From a bacterium (GTDB lineage: Bacteria; Electryoneota; Electryoneia; Electryoneales; Electryoneaceae), in NCBI GenBank assembly GCA_963669175.1, contig OY769902.1, positions 4,288,001 through 4,352,000 on the forward strand: a DNA stretch of 64,000 bases, read 5' to 3'. Under the pieces are notes generated by a model. The model saw only the letters and a program-made list of their open reading frames with translations. It was not told where the DNA came from and made no database searches. Positions 60,721 through 64,000 of this stretch are shown piece by piece; positions within the stretch are counted from its first letter, which is position 1, and the number at the start of each line of letters is the position of its first letter. A program made the translations under genes and the position numbers.

Positions 60721-61902
60721 TTAATGTCCGTGCAGCGCCTGGCCGACGAAAATACTCGCCAGCATGACAAAGATGTATGCCTGCAGGAAGGCCACGAACA
60801 GTTCCAGCATGCTGATGACAACCGCGCCCGGAACGCTCGCAAATGCAATCCACGGCGACATGATCAGCGCCAGGAACACCCCGATGACCGTATGGCCCGC
60901 CAGCATGTTCGCAAACAAACGAATGCACAACGCGAAATGCTTTACAAACAACCCGAAAATTTCAATCGGGAAAAGAAGCGGGATAACAAATACGGGAACA
61001 CCGTGCGGTATGAACGAAGCGATATACTTTAGACCATGTGACTTGAAGCCGGCGAAGATAACCGCAAACAACATCATGATCGCCAGACCGGCAGTCATGT
61101 TGATATTTCCGGTTGCAGCCGTGCCCCAGGGAATCATGCCCATCAGGTTGCTGAACAGGATGAGGAAAAATGCAGTCAGGAAGAAAGGCAGCCAGGCTCG
61201 ACCTGACTTTTCCCCCATATTCGGGTAAATCACTTCGTCACGAATGAAAACAACCAGTACTTCCAGGAAATTGCCGAAACCGTGAGGAACTTCGCCCTTA
61301 CGTGTTCTGGCCATACCCGGAATCACCAGCAGGATTACCAGTATCGCTGCAATCAACAACCCAAGCATGTGCTTGGTCATCGGGATACCATGTGCGTACT
61401 GTTCGCCGAGGAATGAGAAATCGCCCTTGATTACCGGCAGATGAACCGGGCCGAATGGTGTATCGTAGGCTTTGGCATCCGTAAGGTGGTGTGCCAGGAT
61501 TCCCATAACATCAGCGCCGGCTTCTTCTTCAGCATGTTCCGCGCCATGGCCATGTGCAGCCGCGTGATGAATCCCCGCTTCAGTGTGAACCTCGCCATGG
61601 GCATCATGATCTTCAACCGGCGCAGCTTCGCCATGACCGTCATGCGCTTCGACAGTCGCCGCGGCACGAGGACGTTCATCGCTGGGATGCGTGGCTTCGT
61701 GGGATTCTTCACCATGATGGGTTTGCGCCAGGAGCGGCGCTTCACATTGATCAGTGCAACCTGCACCGTGCTGGAGGGACTCACCGGACTCTGCCGTCCG
61801 AACCATTGCCATTTCATTTCCGGCGGTCGCAAGACCAACCAGACCAGCGGTTAACACTATGAAAACCGCTACGATCCCGAAAGCGTGTCGCCCCCGAATC
61901 AT
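60721..61902 (-). CDS. atpB: ATP synthase a with long His-rich N-terminal extension
   Basis: ALCIRLFANMLAGH and ELFVAFLQAYIF. Confidence 0.96.
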   Translation of the reverse strand: MIRGRHAFGIVAVFIVLTAGLVGLATAGNEMAMVRTAESGESLQHGAGCTDQCEAPLLAQTHHGEESHEATHPSDERPRAAATVEAHDGHGEAAPVEDHDAHGEVHTEAGIHHAAAHGHGAEHAEEEAGADVMGILAHHLTDAKAYDTPFGPVHLPVIKGDFSFLGEQYAHGIPMTKHMLGLLIAAILVILLVIPGMARTRKGEVPHGFGNFLEVLVVFIRDEVIYPNMGEKSGRAWLPFFLTAFFLILFSNLMGMIPWGTAATGNINMTAGLAIMMLFAVIFAGFKSHGLKYIASFIPHGVPVFVIPLLFPIEIFGLFVKHFALCIRLFANMLAGHTVIGVFLALIMSPWIAFASVPGAVVISMLELFVAFLQAYIFVMLASIFVGQALHGH

Positions 61903-62192
61903 CGGCTACCCCGTTTTAAGGTTCTGATCGCTGCTAACGTAGTGACTATCAGCGCAACCAAGTAGGCCGTCACCGTACCAATCGCCGCAACAGGTGGTGG
62001 ATACTGCATTACTTTGAGTGCAAGTACAAATACGATTATCCCGATTGTTGCCTTGGCAGCAAGGGAAAACATGAACCCCTGAAAAACTCTATCGTACTTT
62101 TGCTTGCGGATAGGCGACATTAACAACAGCCAACCAGCGCCTGTCATCACCACCGTCGCCGCTAAAAAGAACAAAAGCGTCATTGTACTCAC
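61899..62192 (-). CDS. Small membrane protein, AtpI-like
   Basis: 3 TM segments; overlaps the atpB start. Confidence 0.65.
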   Translation of the reverse strand: MSTMTLLFFLAATVVMTGAGWLLLMSPIRKQKYDRVFQGFMFSLAAKATIGIIVFVLALKVMQYPPPVAAIGTVTAYLVALIVTTLAAIRTLKRGSR

Positions 62193-62498
62193 GAAGGCTG
62201 TTCCAGGCAGCTACGCGTTGCCCAAAACACGAATGAGATGTCCGTAGCAAAGAATTGACACGAGTCTTGCTTCCCTGCGTTCACACCGGACCCTCGCGGG
62301 TTACCATGACGTTTCCTGTTATGCGACAATCGCCAATTCTTCGCGCCGCCTCCCTGAAGATTTGAAGAATCAGCAAGTTGCCTAACAATTTGTGAAAAGA
62401 AGTACCTGCAAAGATAAGGGTCGACTGCATCAATTACAACCCATTGGCTCGGTGACTCCGGGCAAGTTACGCCTAACTTTGTGATTTATAGTGCATGA

Positions 62499-62801
62499 TT
62501 ATTTACTTTCAGGTGGATTGGAATCGGACTCCTTCTCCTCCTCCTCCTGCGCTTCTGAGAACTGCTTCACTTTCATTATGAGCCAATACATGCCCATTCC
62601 AGCGCCCCATAGCGTCCCAATAATGAGAAAAACCGGAGATGTTCCTATCCAGTTGTCCAGCCAGCGACCAACAAAAAAACCCACAACGACCGTAATCGCC
62701 AGGGTTAATGATGTTTGAAATGCCAAATCCGCCCAGCCGCTGTATGCGCCGCGCTTCTCTTCCTCGGCAGGTCTGACACGCTTGTACTTAAACAGGTTCA
62801 C
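62499..62801 (-). CDS. AtpZ/AtpI family protein
   Basis: GFFVGRWLDNWIGTSPVFLIIG. Confidence 0.88.
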   Translation of the reverse strand: MNLFKYKRVRPAEEEKRGAYSGWADLAFQTSLTLAITVVVGFFVGRWLDNWIGTSPVFLIIGTLWGAGMGMYWLIMKVKQFSEAQEEEEKESDSNPPESK

Positions 62802-63323
62802 TTAATTGACCTGTGCTGCAGCCGGTTCTTCCTCTTCTTCCTCAATCTGTGAACCTTCATCATCATACAGGGTAATGCCGGTTCCTGCGACCTGCTTGCT
62901 TTGCGCAACGGCCAACTTCAGCGTGGGCGCTATTTCACCTTCGCCCTGACGCTTCCGTAATGCTTCAACCGCTTCAGATCCCATACCACTGTTGCCGTTG
63001 AACTTCGCGCCTTCAAACACTACCAGGGTGTTCGTGGCCAGATCGCCATTCATCTCGGCGCTGCCTTCGAGCACCAGTCTGCTCTTGGCGACAACAGAAC
63101 CAGTCACGCGCCCACCGATGACCACCTGATCCGCATCAATGCTGCCCGTCAGTCTTCCCTTATGGCCAATCGTCACTGTCCCCTGGCATTGCAGGATACC
63201 TTCGAACGAACCGTCAACACGGATCGAACCTTTCAAGCTCAGCTTGCCGGACAGACTCGCATCATCACCGATAATCGATGACATCACGTCATTGAGTCCG
63301 TCCCTAACTTTGTTCCGTGCCAC
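62802..63323 (-). CDS. Bactofilin (polymer-forming cytoskeletal protein)
   Basis: SIIG..GSIRVDGSFEG..VTIG..GAKFNG. Confidence 0.9.
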   Translation of the reverse strand: MARNKVRDGLNDVMSSIIGDDASLSGKLSLKGSIRVDGSFEGILQCQGTVTIGHKGRLTGSIDADQVVIGGRVTGSVVAKSRLVLEGSAEMNGDLATNTLVVFEGAKFNGNSGMGSEAVEALRKRQGEGEIAPTLKLAVAQSKQVAGTGITLYDDEGSQIEEEEEEPAAAQVN

Positions 63324-64000
63324 TTGTCTTCTCCACAGCTTGATGCAAAATCGTCAATGGATCAACTGTATTTCCCTTAATCCATATCTCGAAATGTAAA
63401 TGCGGGGCCGTACTGATGCCCGAATTGCCCGATAGCGCCAGAACCGTTCCCGGTTCCACGCTATCATGCTTGCTCACAAGCAGTATCTGGTTGTGTCCAT
63501 ATACAGACAGCACACCATCACCATGATCAATGATCACACGGTTTCCCAACCGTGGTGTCCAGTCAGCCGCGATCACCACTCCGGCAGCGCTGGCCCGGAC
63601 GGGTGTGCCACGAGGCACCGCGATATCGACACCCGTATGACTCTGGCTTGGATCAACAACATTGGGCTCATAGCCACGTGTGATAAAACCATCTACAGGC
63701 CAGCGTTGCGGCATATTGGCCCCGGCGATGGCAAACATGGATTCCTTCAGCAGCCAGCCCGGTTCAGCATCGGTTACTCTCGTCTGCCTGATCTGCAACC
63801 ATGACTCGTTCGCCATGGGATCCGCAACAGGTTCAGGTATTGAGATCTCCTGCATTTCAAATCCGGGACTCGTCTCACCACCGGCAGTCAGACTGCGCTG
63901 CAACTGCCTGCTCAGGCTCTGCAATTCATCCAGGTCCGCACTGATCGCCTGAATCCGTGCAACCTCTGCCCGCAATTGACGGTTCTCTGATTTATATCGG
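63304..64000 (-). CDS. M23 family metallopeptidase, 5'-truncated by the window edge
   Basis: HTGVD, YGH and GNSGISTAPHLHFE. Confidence 0.92.
   Translation of the reverse strand, partial: RYKSENRQLRAEVARIQAISADLDELQSLSRQLQRSLTAGGETSPGFEMQEISIPEPVADPMANESWLQIRQTRVTDAEPGWLLKESMFAIAGANMPQRWPVDGFITRGYEPNVVDPSQSHTGVDIAVPRGTPVRASAAGVVIAADWTPRLGNRVIIDHGDGVLSVYGHNQILLVSKHDSVEPGTVLALSGNSGISTAPHLHFEIWIKGNTVDPLTILHQAVEKTSGTEQS

Overview
Chromosomal window from a flagellated, probably anaerobic or microaerophilic FCB-group bacterium outside Bacteroidota. This placement is an inference from flagellin, YPNPFN-type T9SS-like C-terminal domains, the FCB-type insertion in AtpD and [NiFe]-hydrogenase maturases. 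Housekeeping content includes fliC with a sigma-28 promoter, hypABFCDE, yigZ/CNNM, lgt-ctpA-rsmI, a TRAP transporter, saccharopine dehydrogenase and a complete F1Fo atp operon preceded by M23 and bactofilin genes. Four signals stand out. (1) All four secreted CTD proteins carry an ELD[E/D] motif at pro-peptide or domain junctions, suggesting an Asp-specific, gingipain-like maturation code. (2) Two of those proteins are an M6 and a papain-like (C1A) protease that have lost their catalytic residues but share one split-Fn3 tail. (3) An intact IS110 element has a right-end bridge RNA with readable guides matching its own insertion site and donor junction. (4) A coupled pair of PPDK-N/His-swivel proteins lacks the pyruvate domain, and one is fused to a nucleotidyltransferase. 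Several REP-like and tandem repeat families occupy the intergenic spaces. All calls are by eye; no database searches were run.
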